From the IMG/VR virus record IMGVR_UViG_3300027899_000008: DNA of 64,000 nucleotides; one strand, given 5' to 3'. This document shows, in pieces, positions 9,795-19,851 of the stretch. The notes under the pieces are model-generated. The model saw only the letters and a program-made list of their open reading frames with translations, did not search any database and was not told where the DNA came from. Every line of letters starts with the position of its first letter. Within the stretch, counting starts at the first letter, position 1. The translations under genes and the position numbers were made by a program. The stretch comes from a virus.

Positions 9795-10532
9795 TTACTT
9801 ATACTCTTCTGAGCTAGGGTCAGGATTCCAATCACTATACTTGGAACCAAAATCCTTACGATCCTTCTCATCTCCAGTAAACCGATTCTTTCGCTTTACT
9901 TCCTTAATCATTCTTAAAATATCTTTTGGATCAAGAAGTCCAGCAGTTATTAGATTCATAATTGCTTCGGATGGAAGCATCATACTTACATATATGCCAT
10001 GACGATCCATTTCTCTTGGATTCATTTCAGGAGATGGCATTTCATTATTATGTGATTTTCTTCTTCGTGGTCTTGGACGAGCAGACTCATAAGGATCAGA
10101 TTCCTTTTCAGTCTCATCTGAAATACCACCATGTAATAATGAATTAAGAAAATCTTGAAATATATTCTCAGAACCAGTCGGGGCTTCTGAATTCGAAGCA
10201 GGTTCTTCAAAGGATGAATCGTCCCCATCCATCGAAACAACCTTTTCCTCTAATGTCTTTTCTGTTTCTATTTGAAGATGATATAATTTTTCTGTGTCTT
10301 TCTTTGGATCACATTGAGTTACAATATGATTTTTAGGAATTTCCATGGTTTTATTTTCAGTGTGAATCAACCAATCACGCAATACCGTCATGTCATATGT
10401 GCCATTATGGTCTGCCATAGTGGAAGTGCGAAACACAAAAGGATTAGACACTATGAATTTAGTTTTAAATTCATCGATAATTTGACCTATAACTTCTTCA
10501 CCGCTTCGAAGTTTGAATATTTTTAAATTCAT
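9795..10532 (-). CDS. Hypothetical protein with an Sm-like N-terminus and acidic linker (T4-like gene between uvsW and gp55)
   Basis: IFKLRSGEEVIGQI N-terminus; position. Confidence 0.6.
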   Translation of the reverse strand: MNLKIFKLRSGEEVIGQIIDEFKTKFIVSNPFVFRTSTMADHNGTYDMTVLRDWLIHTENKTMEIPKNHIVTQCDPKKDTEKLYHLQIETEKTLEEKVVSMDGDDSSFEEPASNSEAPTGSENIFQDFLNSLLHGGISDETEKESDPYESARPRPRRRKSHNNEMPSPEMNPREMDRHGIYVSMMLPSEAIMNLITAGLLDPKDILRMIKEVKRKNRFTGDEKDRKDFGSKYSDWNPDPSSEEYK

Positions 10533-11986
10533 TTAGTTTCTCCTAAATTTATTCGAATCTTGTCAAATTGGAAACTCTCATTAGTATATATGGTAGTTCG
10601 TTCATCTAGATGTCTGAGAGCATGATTGCGATAACTCTTCCAACTCAGGTCATCGCCAATGTCATATATCGTCACTTTGCTCTTGGTATCTGATTTTCTC
10701 AAACCCCTTCCGATGGATTGTAATACTCGAATTACTGATTTAGATGGAGAAGCGAAAATAATGGCATTGATATTCTTAATATTGATACCAGTGCTACATG
10801 TGCCAAATGATGCGACAAGAACGCTGTTATTGCTCTTATCAATGATTTTTCTTATTTGTTCTCTCTCTTCGATTTCTGTTTTACCACAGATAAGATACGA
10901 CTGCTTTTTATTAGTTTTTGAAATCTTCTGATATAAAGGTATTCCATGCTTTTCCACAAAGTTAAACAGAACAAGCACATTACCAGGAATACTAGTTGCG
11001 AGGTCTGTAATAAATTTATTTCGTGTATCGTTGAGAACCAACCATTCAATTTCGTCAATGTATTTTGCACGCTTGATCTCCTGTACAGCTGTATTGGAAT
11101 ATCTAAGAATCAAACACTCTATATTTAATTGAGCTAGAACCTCTTTATCTATAAGTTCTTTGGTGGATGTCACTTGATGAACTGCTCCAAATAATCCCTC
11201 AAGCACCAATTTATGGACTTGTGTGCCATCAAGAGTTCCTGTAGTGCCAATTTTATACTCACAAGTTTTTAGTTTATGCATAATTTTAGTCAGTGATTTT
11301 GCTTTGAACAGATGAGATTCATCACCAATGATGGCATCATATTCTGAGAAAAACTCTTCTGGTTGGTCATGTAGACTTTGCCATGTTGAAATTACCACTC
11401 TTGCGGTTGTTTGTTTTTCCTGTCCACCATATATCAAATGAATGCCCTTTGAAATTTCAGATGTATTAGCATAATCCTCAAAATCAGATTTTAATTGAGT
11501 CACAAGTCCTGTAGTTGGCACAACGATTAAAATCTTCTTCTTGGTTCGCTTCAGCAATTCTAAAATTATAAAATAAATGATAAGACTTTTACCAGAACCC
11601 GTTGGAGATATCAACATACATCTTTTGTTACTCAAAGCATGATGGACTGATTCTTTTTGATAATCATGAGGTTCAATTTGCTTTCCACCAGAGAATACTT
11701 TAGGAAATGTAATTTCACTGGTGTCTTCCAACAACGATGATTCATATTCCACCTTATATGCTCTATCCTTGGCAAACTGAAGAACATATGGAAGAAGTCC
11801 TTTGTATATTCTCTGAGTTAGAAGATTATATAATCGAATCTTACCATCCCATTTCTTCTTGCGAAATGCTGGATTATATTCAGAATTAGGAACTTTGAAG
11901 GTGAAAAACATGCTCAATTCTTTTGAGATGGATTGTTCACAATCTATTTCGATGTGAACAGAATCTATGTTTTTGATTTTTATCAT
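10529..11986 (-). CDS. uvsW: UvsW SF2 helicase
   Basis: WDGKIRL, SPTGSGKS, DESH, QSIGRGLR. Confidence 0.95.
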   Translation of the reverse strand: MIKIKNIDSVHIEIDCEQSISKELSMFFTFKVPNSEYNPAFRKKKWDGKIRLYNLLTQRIYKGLLPYVLQFAKDRAYKVEYESSLLEDTSEITFPKVFSGGKQIEPHDYQKESVHHALSNKRCMLISPTGSGKSLIIYFIILELLKRTKKKILIVVPTTGLVTQLKSDFEDYANTSEISKGIHLIYGGQEKQTTARVVISTWQSLHDQPEEFFSEYDAIIGDESHLFKAKSLTKIMHKLKTCEYKIGTTGTLDGTQVHKLVLEGLFGAVHQVTSTKELIDKEVLAQLNIECLILRYSNTAVQEIKRAKYIDEIEWLVLNDTRNKFITDLATSIPGNVLVLFNFVEKHGIPLYQKISKTNKKQSYLICGKTEIEEREQIRKIIDKSNNSVLVASFGTCSTGINIKNINAIIFASPSKSVIRVLQSIGRGLRKSDTKSKVTIYDIGDDLSWKSYRNHALRHLDERTTIYTNESFQFDKIRINLGETK

Positions 11987-12417
11987 GATCCTTGAGTGAA
12001 TCTAATCCAGTCAATAGTTGACCGAATATTCCAAATTTTATTCGCAATGATTTTCACTACACTCTCAAGATATGATACTTTTTCTTTTTGTACGAATATC
12101 TTATTTCCTAGAGTGATAACATCGATGTCGCTTTCGATAAATCGATCCAAATCTTGTTTTAATATGGATAAATCAAAAGGTTCCCATGCTCTTTTAGTTA
12201 GTTCTTCTTTGGACATTTTACCAGCATAATACAACCACTTATCTCGTTTGAGAATCTTTAATTTGGAATCCAAGGTTTCATAAATTATCTTCTCATCCAT
12301 GAGAATACAGAGATATTTGTTATGTAATTGAGGAATACGACTAGATTCATCGTCTAGATGATTGGTGTCAATGATAACATCCAATTCCGCTTGTATTTTA
12401 ATGTCAGTTAGAGTCAT
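11983..12417 (-). CDS. uvsY: UvsY recombination mediator
   Basis: IPQLHNKY, KWLYYAGK, IDWIRF; precedes uvsW. Confidence 0.9.
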   Translation of the reverse strand: MTLTDIKIQAELDVIIDTNHLDDESSRIPQLHNKYLCILMDEKIIYETLDSKLKILKRDKWLYYAGKMSKEELTKRAWEPFDLSILKQDLDRFIESDIDVITLGNKIFVQKEKVSYLESVVKIIANKIWNIRSTIDWIRFTQGS

Positions 12418-12423
12418 AATATA

Positions 12424-12451
12424 ATAATACCTTAAATTAAGGATTTGTCAA
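12424..12451 (-). promoter_or_regulatory. Sigma70-type promoter for uvsY-uvsW
   Basis: TTGACA (12451-12446)-16 nt-TATTAT (12429-12424), 6 nt before the ATG at 12417. Confidence 0.65.
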
Positions 12452-13021
12452 TACATTGATTTCATAATGGGTATAAGAGAATGTACATGTCGCGACTACT
12501 GCGTCAGTATCAGTCAATGCGCTATCAAAATCTATTCCAGATAGGAATGTAGGAAACATATTCTGATATGTTACAGAGATAATTGGTTTATACTTGCTGT
12601 CTGTTATCAACATCAATCCAGTCGCTACTTTTTGATGTTCTTCAATATGTTCACCTGTTGTATCATAAGAAATTCCAATTTGCCTTATCCATTCATATAT
12701 CTCTAACCAATTTGCTAGATTTTCATCAACTATGAATCCAACTTGAAGGTCTTCGTAGTTATATGCTGTTCCTGGTCTTTTAATGACCACACCGCCAGGT
12801 TGAGATTGAATGGAAACACCAAAACTAAGTGAAGGAATATTTGCTCGTTGGCAAAAATAAGTGACCGTTGGGCAACGAGTTATTCTAAATTGAAACTTAT
12901 TGTTAGTAAGAAAATTAGTATTGGTTGGTTGATTTGGACTTGTAGTATACAAATCGCCTGGAGTCCAAAATCCAAGTTTCTTAATAATATCATCGTATGT
13001 CTGAAATTCTGATTCTGCCAT
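12437..13021 (-). CDS. gp3: Tail completion/sheath stabiliser gp3 (likely start MAESE at 13021)
   Basis: NFLTNNKFQF, YFCQRANIP, FIVDENLANW, FPTFLS; follows gp23. Confidence 0.88.
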   Translation of the reverse strand: MAESEFQTYDDIIKKLGFWTPGDLYTTSPNQPTNTNFLTNNKFQFRITRCPTVTYFCQRANIPSLSFGVSIQSQPGGVVIKRPGTAYNYEDLQVGFIVDENLANWLEIYEWIRQIGISYDTTGEHIEEHQKVATGLMLITDSKYKPIISVTYQNMFPTFLSGIDFDSALTDTDAVVATCTFSYTHYEINVLTNP

Positions 13022-13026
13022 ACTAG

Positions 13027-13034
13027 TATTTATA
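13027..13034 (-). promoter_or_regulatory. Late promoter TATAAATA for gp3
   Basis: Exact match, 5 nt upstream of ATG 13021. Confidence 0.7.
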
Positions 13035-13068
13035 AAAGAAAACCCCACAGAGTTTAGTCTGTGGGGTT
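13034..13068 (-). terminator. Rho-independent terminator after gp23
   Basis: 11-bp stem AACCCCACAGA/TCTGTGGGGTT with a 6-nt loop, followed by TTCTTTT on the minus strand. Confidence 0.85.
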
Positions 13069-13092
13069 CTAGGTAGTCTATTTCAGACTAGT

Positions 13093-14511
13093 TCAGTTAC
13101 CAGTGTTACCATGGAGATTCTTTACTGCAAAGAGTCTGTAGTAGGTATTGCTGTTGCTTGTAAGACCATCAGTATCGGTGGTGATAGCATCACGACCCTT
13201 ACCGAATGGATTACCAACTAGACCATAACGAGTCTTGAAACCAATCTTCGGTTGGAAGGTGTCTTGACCAACAGCGCGAACCATTTGTAGTGGAACATAT
13301 GGGCAGTAGAACATACCAGCGTCATATGGGGATGTACCCTTATATCCAACGGTAACGAAGTTGGTGTTATTCTTGATGAATGGATCGATGTAGACCTTGA
13401 ACTTACCATTAAGAACACCTGCAAAGACATTACCAGTATCATCAACATTCATTTGAACATTGAGTGCTGGTGATATATTGAGGAATCCACCCATTGCCAA
13501 TGCTGATGCAACATCAGAAGAGCAAAGAATGAAATTACCACGACCTCTACGAGTTTCCTTGGCAATTTGATTTGCTTCGCGTTCAATCTGGAACATCAGA
13601 CCACGGAAGCGTTCTGCTGACCAACGACCATCAGAGTCTGCAACAAGGTCATATACACCCTTGTTTGCAAGGTCGGTTTGTTGAGCACCAGTCTTAGCGA
13701 TGGTGTACATTGCGCGAAGAATCTCGCGGTTGATTTCATTCATGATTTCAACTGAGAGAATATTAGCAAGTTCAGACTCAGCGTCAAGACCATGTACTGC
13801 TTTGAGATCCTGAGCAAGTTCAGTGGTATATTCTGCTTTGAGAGCACGCGAACGAGCTTGTACTGCGATACGCTCAATGCTGAATCCCATTTCACGGAAG
13901 AAAGCTGATCCAGCAGCATCTCCGAGTTTTTCGGCAGTGCCGGTAAGCATTGCGCGGAAATCAGTGAAGAGATCGGTACGAGTTGCTGATTCATCAATTG
14001 GAGCAACACCAAGAGTGTGTCCAGAAAGAATACCAGTTTCGCCGATACCAACTGCACTATTTATTGCTGCACCTGATGCACCAGAGAACTTTGGATATGC
14101 TTCATCGAATAGTGCTTCTGGACCATCGATGCCATTATACTTAGCACGCATTGCAAAGATAAGACCTGTTGGTGCGCTCATGGGTTGAACACCAGCAATA
14201 TCATATGCAACGATGTTCGGCATTGCGCGGCGAACAAGACTAATCAGAATTGGGTCATAGCCAGCGAAGTTACCTGCTGGTGTTCCAGCTTGTCCTGCTG
14301 CAAATGCACCACCCATATTCATGGTTGGTGCAGATTCGAAGAGATTTTGTGCTCCTCGTTCTTCTGCCATTGCTCGTACTTGATTCTCAAGAAGAACAGC
14401 AGTGACGCGCTTCTTGTGTAAATCGGTCAATTCGGGCATGTCAGCGTGATCAAGCACTGGGCTCCACTTTTCAACTAACATGTCATATGGGGTAGTTCCG
14501 TTAAAATCCAT
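13093..14511 (-). CDS. gp23: Major capsid protein gp23
   Basis: DPILISLVRRAMP, GVQPMSAPTGLIFAMR, YCPYVPLQMVRAVG..FQPKIGFKTRYG. Confidence 0.98.
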   Translation of the reverse strand: MDFNGTTPYDMLVEKWSPVLDHADMPELTDLHKKRVTAVLLENQVRAMAEERGAQNLFESAPTMNMGGAFAAGQAGTPAGNFAGYDPILISLVRRAMPNIVAYDIAGVQPMSAPTGLIFAMRAKYNGIDGPEALFDEAYPKFSGASGAAINSAVGIGETGILSGHTLGVAPIDESATRTDLFTDFRAMLTGTAEKLGDAAGSAFFREMGFSIERIAVQARSRALKAEYTTELAQDLKAVHGLDAESELANILSVEIMNEINREILRAMYTIAKTGAQQTDLANKGVYDLVADSDGRWSAERFRGLMFQIEREANQIAKETRRGRGNFILCSSDVASALAMGGFLNISPALNVQMNVDDTGNVFAGVLNGKFKVYIDPFIKNNTNFVTVGYKGTSPYDAGMFYCPYVPLQMVRAVGQDTFQPKIGFKTRYGLVGNPFGKGRDAITTDTDGLTSNSNTYYRLFAVKNLHGNTGN

Positions 14512-14534
14512 TTTTCTCTCCTTGAGGTCTTTTG

Positions 14535-14541
14535 TATTTAT
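14535..14541 (-). promoter_or_regulatory. Late promoter ATAAATA for gp23
   Basis: ATAAATA upstream of the AGGAG SD. Confidence 0.6.
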
Positions 14542-14554
14542 TACTTTTGATATT

Positions 14555-15646
14555 TCAGATATACTGATCTGATACGATGTTGGTATTAAGCATGTTTAGA
14601 AGTCTTCCTGCGTTGGAATTTTCTTTAGCATTCACTTGTGGTTTTGGGATATTTTTGCCAAATCTAGTCATTGCATTAACCAATGCGCTCATTTCTGGAT
14701 TTGCTGCATCTCTCATAGAATTCGGATTGGTTGTTTCTTCAACAAGATTTTGCTGAGAAGCGATTCTATTTGAATTGATTCTATTTGAAGATGACCTGGT
14801 GAAATATGATTCTCTGAGAAGTTTGACTTTTTCCGTATATTGATTAACATTTTGAAATTCAATTCCTTCCGCAAGAGTTGCAAGTTTTTCTACTTCGGTA
14901 TCAGTCAATCCACCTGATATCTCCATGAATGATTCTGCACATTGACGAGCAGTATTTTCATTCATGAGTTCCACATTCTTACGAATCTGGTCATTTAATT
15001 GATTCTGAAGATCTTCGTTTGCCTGTGCCATTTCATCTAATACATCATACTTTTCGTCTGGAACATCAATGAATGTTTCTTCTAATAGTTCTTTGATTCC
15101 AATCATAAAGTGTTCTGCGATTTCGGTGCGAAGACCTCTCTCGACAGCAACGGAATTATCTTCCATCCATTCAGTGATGACATAGTTGAGATAATTATCA
15201 AGTTTTTCAGTTAGAAATTCAGTTTGTTCTTCAACTTGTTCTTCGATGAGTTCTTTGCTAGCTTCGAGAATTGCTGCTTCGATAATAGTTACTTTTTCAT
15301 GAATTGCTGCTTCGAATATCGTAGCTGCTTTCATCATGAATTCTTCAGTGAGGTTTTCACCATTGAATAGACTCTCTAAGTAGTCTACTGAAGTTTTTGC
15401 TTGTAATGCTTCATTATCATCTTCATCAGTTTCAATTGATTCTGATGCGTCTGCATTTTTGACGACTTTTCCAGGACCACCAGGAAGTTGAACATATGCT
15501 GCTCCACCTGGTCGTAATGTTTGTTGATTTGCCATTGCATTTTGTGGAGTAGCGACTGATTGGTTAATAACCGCACCTCGTCCACTGCCATCATCATATA
15601 ATTTTGGGTCTGAATATAATTGTTCGTTTGCCATAAGGTTCTCCAA
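14555..15646 (-). CDS. gp22: Prohead core scaffold gp22
   Basis: KAATIFEAA, YLNYVITEWMEDN, IDVPDEKYDV, LRESYF. Confidence 0.93.
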   Translation of the reverse strand: MENLMANEQLYSDPKLYDDGSGRGAVINQSVATPQNAMANQQTLRPGGAAYVQLPGGPGKVVKNADASESIETDEDDNEALQAKTSVDYLESLFNGENLTEEFMMKAATIFEAAIHEKVTIIEAAILEASKELIEEQVEEQTEFLTEKLDNYLNYVITEWMEDNSVAVERGLRTEIAEHFMIGIKELLEETFIDVPDEKYDVLDEMAQANEDLQNQLNDQIRKNVELMNENTARQCAESFMEISGGLTDTEVEKLATLAEGIEFQNVNQYTEKVKLLRESYFTRSSSNRINSNRIASQQNLVEETTNPNSMRDAANPEMSALVNAMTRFGKNIPKPQVNAKENSNAGRLLNMLNTNIVSDQYI

Positions 15647-15690
15647 TTTTTGTCTATTTCTATTTAGAATAAAATAATATTACATATTAT

Positions 15691-16470
15691 CTATACAATT
15701 GTTCGTAAATCATCCACTGACTTTTGGAATGTTCTTTTAAGTATTCGTTTAAATCTTTCCTTTGGTGCAATTCCTCTTGCCAATGGATCCGGCATACTTG
15801 CTCGGGTGAGAGCAAGATCTCGTTTTTGTTGTTGACGATCTGCTTCTAATGGAACCGCTTTGTTCTTAAGAAATTGAGGACTATTTGCAATTTGTGTTGT
15901 CAGTCTCTCTCGTGGAGCCTGTTGTGGCGCAAATATCCGTGTATTCATGTCTTTTCTAAATCTTGCTGCTGTTGGATTTGTAAGATCTTGTAGTTCAAAA
16001 TCAGTTGCCATATTAGCATGATGTATAGCACTATACCTAGACCTAGGCGTAGGAACACCATGCTGTGTAGGTCGTCCCGCTATAACATTATCCAAATCGT
16101 GAATGTGAATATCTTTACCAGATGTCGATTTACTTAAAGCTTCTTGCGCTTTTGCTTTAGTATTCTGTTTTATAGATGCATCTGCATATGCTCTACTACT
16201 CATTCCATATGCTGTTGCTATTTTTTCGTGCGCATCTGTTTGCATTTTATCGCTATACTTCATTAACGCTTCTCGTCCATTATTTGCTAATTTTTCACCA
16301 ATTCCAGTTTTTAGTCTCTCTCCCACACGAAATCTTAATCCAGTTCCTTTGGCAGCACCAGCATCTAATTGTTTTTTTGCTCCATATAATCCACCAGCAA
16401 TAGCACCAATAGCAAGTGCTGTTCCTATGAATTCATTTAATACTAATTTTGTGTGTTGTCGAGTTGTCAT
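15691..16470 (-). CDS. Basic hypothetical protein between gp21 and gp22; candidate internal head protein
   Basis: Overlaps the gp21 stop; N-terminal LNE motif followed by a hydrophobic Gly/Ala segment. Confidence 0.5.
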   Translation of the reverse strand: MTTRQHTKLVLNEFIGTALAIGAIAGGLYGAKKQLDAGAAKGTGLRFRVGERLKTGIGEKLANNGREALMKYSDKMQTDAHEKIATAYGMSSRAYADASIKQNTKAKAQEALSKSTSGKDIHIHDLDNVIAGRPTQHGVPTPRSRYSAIHHANMATDFELQDLTNPTAARFRKDMNTRIFAPQQAPRERLTTQIANSPQFLKNKAVPLEADRQQQKRDLALTRASMPDPLARGIAPKERFKRILKRTFQKSVDDLRTIV

Positions 16471-17114
16471 TTAATTCTTCTCAAAAAATCAGAAAACAAT
16501 CTAATTGCGTTTTCTTCTAAGTTTCTTTTTGATGTTTTCTTTAATGCGTGTTCGTATCTAGCAATTTCTTTTTCGACTAAAAGACCATTATCCCATATCC
16601 ATTCCTTGCCCTCTAAAATGCCATTAACAAAGGCATTTGGAGCAGATGGATCGGCAACGATATCAATGGCAGCAAGAGTAAAGTCATTTTGAACAACATT
16701 TACTCCATTTTGGGACTTCAAAGACCCCATGCCACGAGAAGAAACTCCAAGTTGAGCACCTTCATCAATCAAGTTCTTTACAATTCTACCCATTGGGGTG
16801 TCTATAATTTTGGCTTTTCCATGAATTTGTCTTCCACTTTCGGTGAGATTGACAATCATATGAGAAACCCGATCCAAATTGACCGTTGGTCCAGTTGGAT
16901 GATTTAACTCCCCAAGTGCTCTATTTTTATTTACATATTCTGCGATATACCGCTTTGTTTCGGTCTTTAGAACATCTTCATTATATAATCTTTTATTACG
17001 ATTAACCACGCCAGCTTCCATCATAACACCCTTTATGAAGTAGTTTTTAGCACCAGCTTCATTGGATTCCACAATTGTTTGTACGTCTTCTACGGTTTCT
17101 GTTATGAGTCTCAT
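16467..17114 (-). CDS. gp21: Prohead protease gp21
   Basis: MRLITE, ALGELNHP, GVSSRGMGS, DIVADPSAP. Confidence 0.96.
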   Translation of the reverse strand: MRLITETVEDVQTIVESNEAGAKNYFIKGVMMEAGVVNRNKRLYNEDVLKTETKRYIAEYVNKNRALGELNHPTGPTVNLDRVSHMIVNLTESGRQIHGKAKIIDTPMGRIVKNLIDEGAQLGVSSRGMGSLKSQNGVNVVQNDFTLAAIDIVADPSAPNAFVNGILEGKEWIWDNGLLVEKEIARYEHALKKTSKRNLEENAIRLFSDFLRRIK

Positions 17115-17129
17115 CTGAAGTCCTATCTG

Positions 17130-17528
17130 TTATGTGGTTTCTTCTGAAATATATTTGAGATATTGTTCGCCAAGAGTTTTGATTTCTTCATCACTAAGTT
17201 CTTCGCCTGTTTCTTCTTCAATCTCTTCTACAATTTCTTGAATTTCGTCAACAAATAATTCATACTCTTCATCTAGTTTACTATCTTTTTTATCTTTTTT
17301 GGCAAAGTCAGTGACTGCTCTCTTTTTCTTGAGAATCTTATTTTCTTCTTTTTCTTTGCTTTCTGGTGCTGGATCTCTCTTTTCAGAAATCATGCTCGGA
17401 GCAACTTCTTCAATCTTGGATTCAAGCATAACACCGATTCGTTGAATGAGAGTTTGCTTGATTAATTTTTTTGTATCTACAAGATTATCTTCCATAAGAT
17501 TTTTAATTATATTTTTTGCGTTTGACAT
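17130..17528 (-). CDS. Prohead core protein (gp67/gp68-like)
   Basis: Small, highly charged, between gp20 and gp21; TATAAATA at 17545-17552 and AGGAG SD. Confidence 0.6.
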   Translation of the reverse strand: MSNAKNIIKNLMEDNLVDTKKLIKQTLIQRIGVMLESKIEEVAPSMISEKRDPAPESKEKEENKILKKKRAVTDFAKKDKKDSKLDEEYELFVDEIQEIVEEIEEETGEELSDEEIKTLGEQYLKYISEETT

Positions 17529-17552
17529 TTTAATCTCCTAGTCGTATTTATA

Positions 17553-19115
17553 TTATTTTTGTTCTGGTTCAAGGCCCATTTGCTGCATTCTAATTTGTTG
17601 CTGCATTTGCTTCTGTCTTTCCTCGTCCATTTCCTTATCCATTTGTGCTATTTCTTCATCCGTTTGCTTTAAAATATGCTTTCGAATGTACTTATTAGAA
17701 AATAATGTACCGCTATAAGCTGCTAATGTAGTTAACATTTCAACTTTTTCTCTTAGTATTTCATTTTCCTTGAGTTCAGTAAAATATGAATCCTTGGAGT
17801 AATCAAATCGAACATCATGATATATGACACTCCAATCATCAGCGGTCATTATTCCCTTTAAGATACATTGTTTCTTCAGTATATCCATGAATAAGTATGA
17901 AAATTTACTTCGGAGTCTTTCTATGAACTTATAGAACTTGACTTCATCTCTTGTAATTTCACTACTTCTTCCTAGATTAAACCCTGTTTGAACTTCTGCA
18001 CGGGTGAGTGGAACATTCAATGCTCTGTATAATTTACGAAGTAAATACTCGACATCTTCCATCTCTCCCAGATTTTGTCCACCTGGAAGAGTAGTGATTT
18101 CGGTTCCTCTTCCACCTTCTCGGCGGGGAATCCAGAAATCTTCAAGCATGGACATATGGTTTCTGCTATCTTTAATCTCACCAGTTGCAGAATCATATAC
18201 CAATTTGTTTCGATATCGATTCATCAAATCCTTGATGTATTGCTCTGCTTTTTGCTTTGGTAGATTTCCAACATCGACATAGAATATTCTTCGCTCTGGC
18301 GCTCTTGAAATTCTATAAATGACCACAGCATCCTCAATTTGACGAAGCATATTTAATGGACGAATTCCCTTGTGGAGATATCCAACAACTCTTTTTGTGG
18401 TCTGATCCATATATCCAGAATTACAATAGGCAATGGAATCAGTGCTGATTTTAATACCAGCAGCGGTTGTGGAAGTGATAGAACTAGTGCTTAAGTCGCA
18501 ATAGACATAATGCTCATCAACTTTCTTGATGAGAGGAACCTGCATAGATCCCACTTTCTTCATTTCCTTTTCAATTTTTCTAACCTTGGTAATCTTAGTT
18601 GGATCGATTGAACGGAGTTCCAATATACCTTTTTCTGGTTGTTCAGTGTCTATGATTAATTGATAATATACTTTACTTTCAATATACCATCTTCGGAATA
18701 TCTCATATCCCTTATTCTTGAAATCCAACATCTTCATAATATCTTCAAATTCATTATAAACTTTACTTTTGATATTATCAGATAAGTCTACATTATCTAA
18801 ATTCAACTTGACCGCTACACCATCAGAATCAAACACAATCGATTCAGTGACAATATCTTCAATCGCCATATCCACTTCAGGATAGAGAGACATAGAACGA
18901 TATTGATGAATCAATGAGTTCTCATTGAGGAACGATCCACCAAAGTCATAGACGGAACTCATGAATCCGCCTGTCTCTAGTACATTGGTTCCGTCAAAAT
19001 TATCTGGTGCTGCAAATGACAAAGTAGAGGGAGAGCCTCCTGAAAGGCCCTCCCCCGTACTTGTTATTTCATTTGACTTCTTATTAAATGAAAATCCAAA
19101 CAATTCAAATGCCAT
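17553..19115 (-). CDS. gp20: Portal protein gp20
   Basis: IYRISRAPERRIFYVDVGNLPK, EDFWIPRREGGRGTEITTLPGGQNLG. Confidence 0.98.
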   Translation of the reverse strand: MAFELFGFSFNKKSNEITSTGEGLSGGSPSTLSFAAPDNFDGTNVLETGGFMSSVYDFGGSFLNENSLIHQYRSMSLYPEVDMAIEDIVTESIVFDSDGVAVKLNLDNVDLSDNIKSKVYNEFEDIMKMLDFKNKGYEIFRRWYIESKVYYQLIIDTEQPEKGILELRSIDPTKITKVRKIEKEMKKVGSMQVPLIKKVDEHYVYCDLSTSSITSTTAAGIKISTDSIAYCNSGYMDQTTKRVVGYLHKGIRPLNMLRQIEDAVVIYRISRAPERRIFYVDVGNLPKQKAEQYIKDLMNRYRNKLVYDSATGEIKDSRNHMSMLEDFWIPRREGGRGTEITTLPGGQNLGEMEDVEYLLRKLYRALNVPLTRAEVQTGFNLGRSSEITRDEVKFYKFIERLRSKFSYLFMDILKKQCILKGIMTADDWSVIYHDVRFDYSKDSYFTELKENEILREKVEMLTTLAAYSGTLFSNKYIRKHILKQTDEEIAQMDKEMDEERQKQMQQQIRMQQMGLEPEQK

Positions 19116-19141
19116 ATAAAAATCACTTTCTTAATTTAAAA

Positions 19142-19786
19142 TTATCGGGTATTAGCAGCTGCATCATATCCTGGAATTGCTGGAGAACCTTGAAGATCCT
19201 CAAGTGGAACCCAGTAATCGAATCCTAGGGTAACTGGAAATACTGAGAAACTATCTGCAAGATCGTAATCCATCTGTAGAGTACCAATATTAATTGGGAA
19301 GCAGTTCTTGAGTTTAATTCCTCTTGTGAAACCAGCTGGATTGGTGACGGTGTCATTTTGCTTGACATCGTTGTACCAAACTTCCCAGTCAGCAGTTACA
19401 TTGTAACTGATGTTGTGGGTATTTCTGTTATCCATTGCTTCCATCCAGATTTCGAAATTTCTGCGAAGATCTGCGATAGAGTTATTTGACTCATAGATTT
19501 GGATAGACCAATCAACATATGTTCTTTCGCCTGAGAACTTGATTGCTCTGCCCATCCAAGGTACGGTGATAACACCGATGCTTGATTCTGGAATATCTGC
19601 TGCCTTGATATAGATTGAGGTTTCATTTGGATTTTCAGAACCGCCGACGATACCACCGCCGCCGCCGCTGTTTGCTCCGCCTGTTCCTAGAGTTGGCCAC
19701 TTGACTTTGACCAAGAATCTATTCTGACGAACACCTTTGAAATTATCTCTAAAGGTTTTTAGTGTATTTGGTTGAATTTCTGGCAT
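19142..19786 (-). CDS. gp19: Tail tube gp19
   Basis: RQNRFLV, VPWMGRAIKFSGERTY, FPINIG, FDYW; follows the sheath gene. Confidence 0.88.
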   Translation of the reverse strand: MPEIQPNTLKTFRDNFKGVRQNRFLVKVKWPTLGTGGANSGGGGGIVGGSENPNETSIYIKAADIPESSIGVITVPWMGRAIKFSGERTYVDWSIQIYESNNSIADLRRNFEIWMEAMDNRNTHNISYNVTADWEVWYNDVKQNDTVTNPAGFTRGIKLKNCFPINIGTLQMDYDLADSFSVFPVTLGFDYWVPLEDLQGSPAIPGYDAAANTR

Positions 19787-19851
19787 GTTTTACCTCTTAT
19801 TATTTGTAATTGCTACTGTCTAATTTATTTATTATTTACTTTAGTTTAAAC

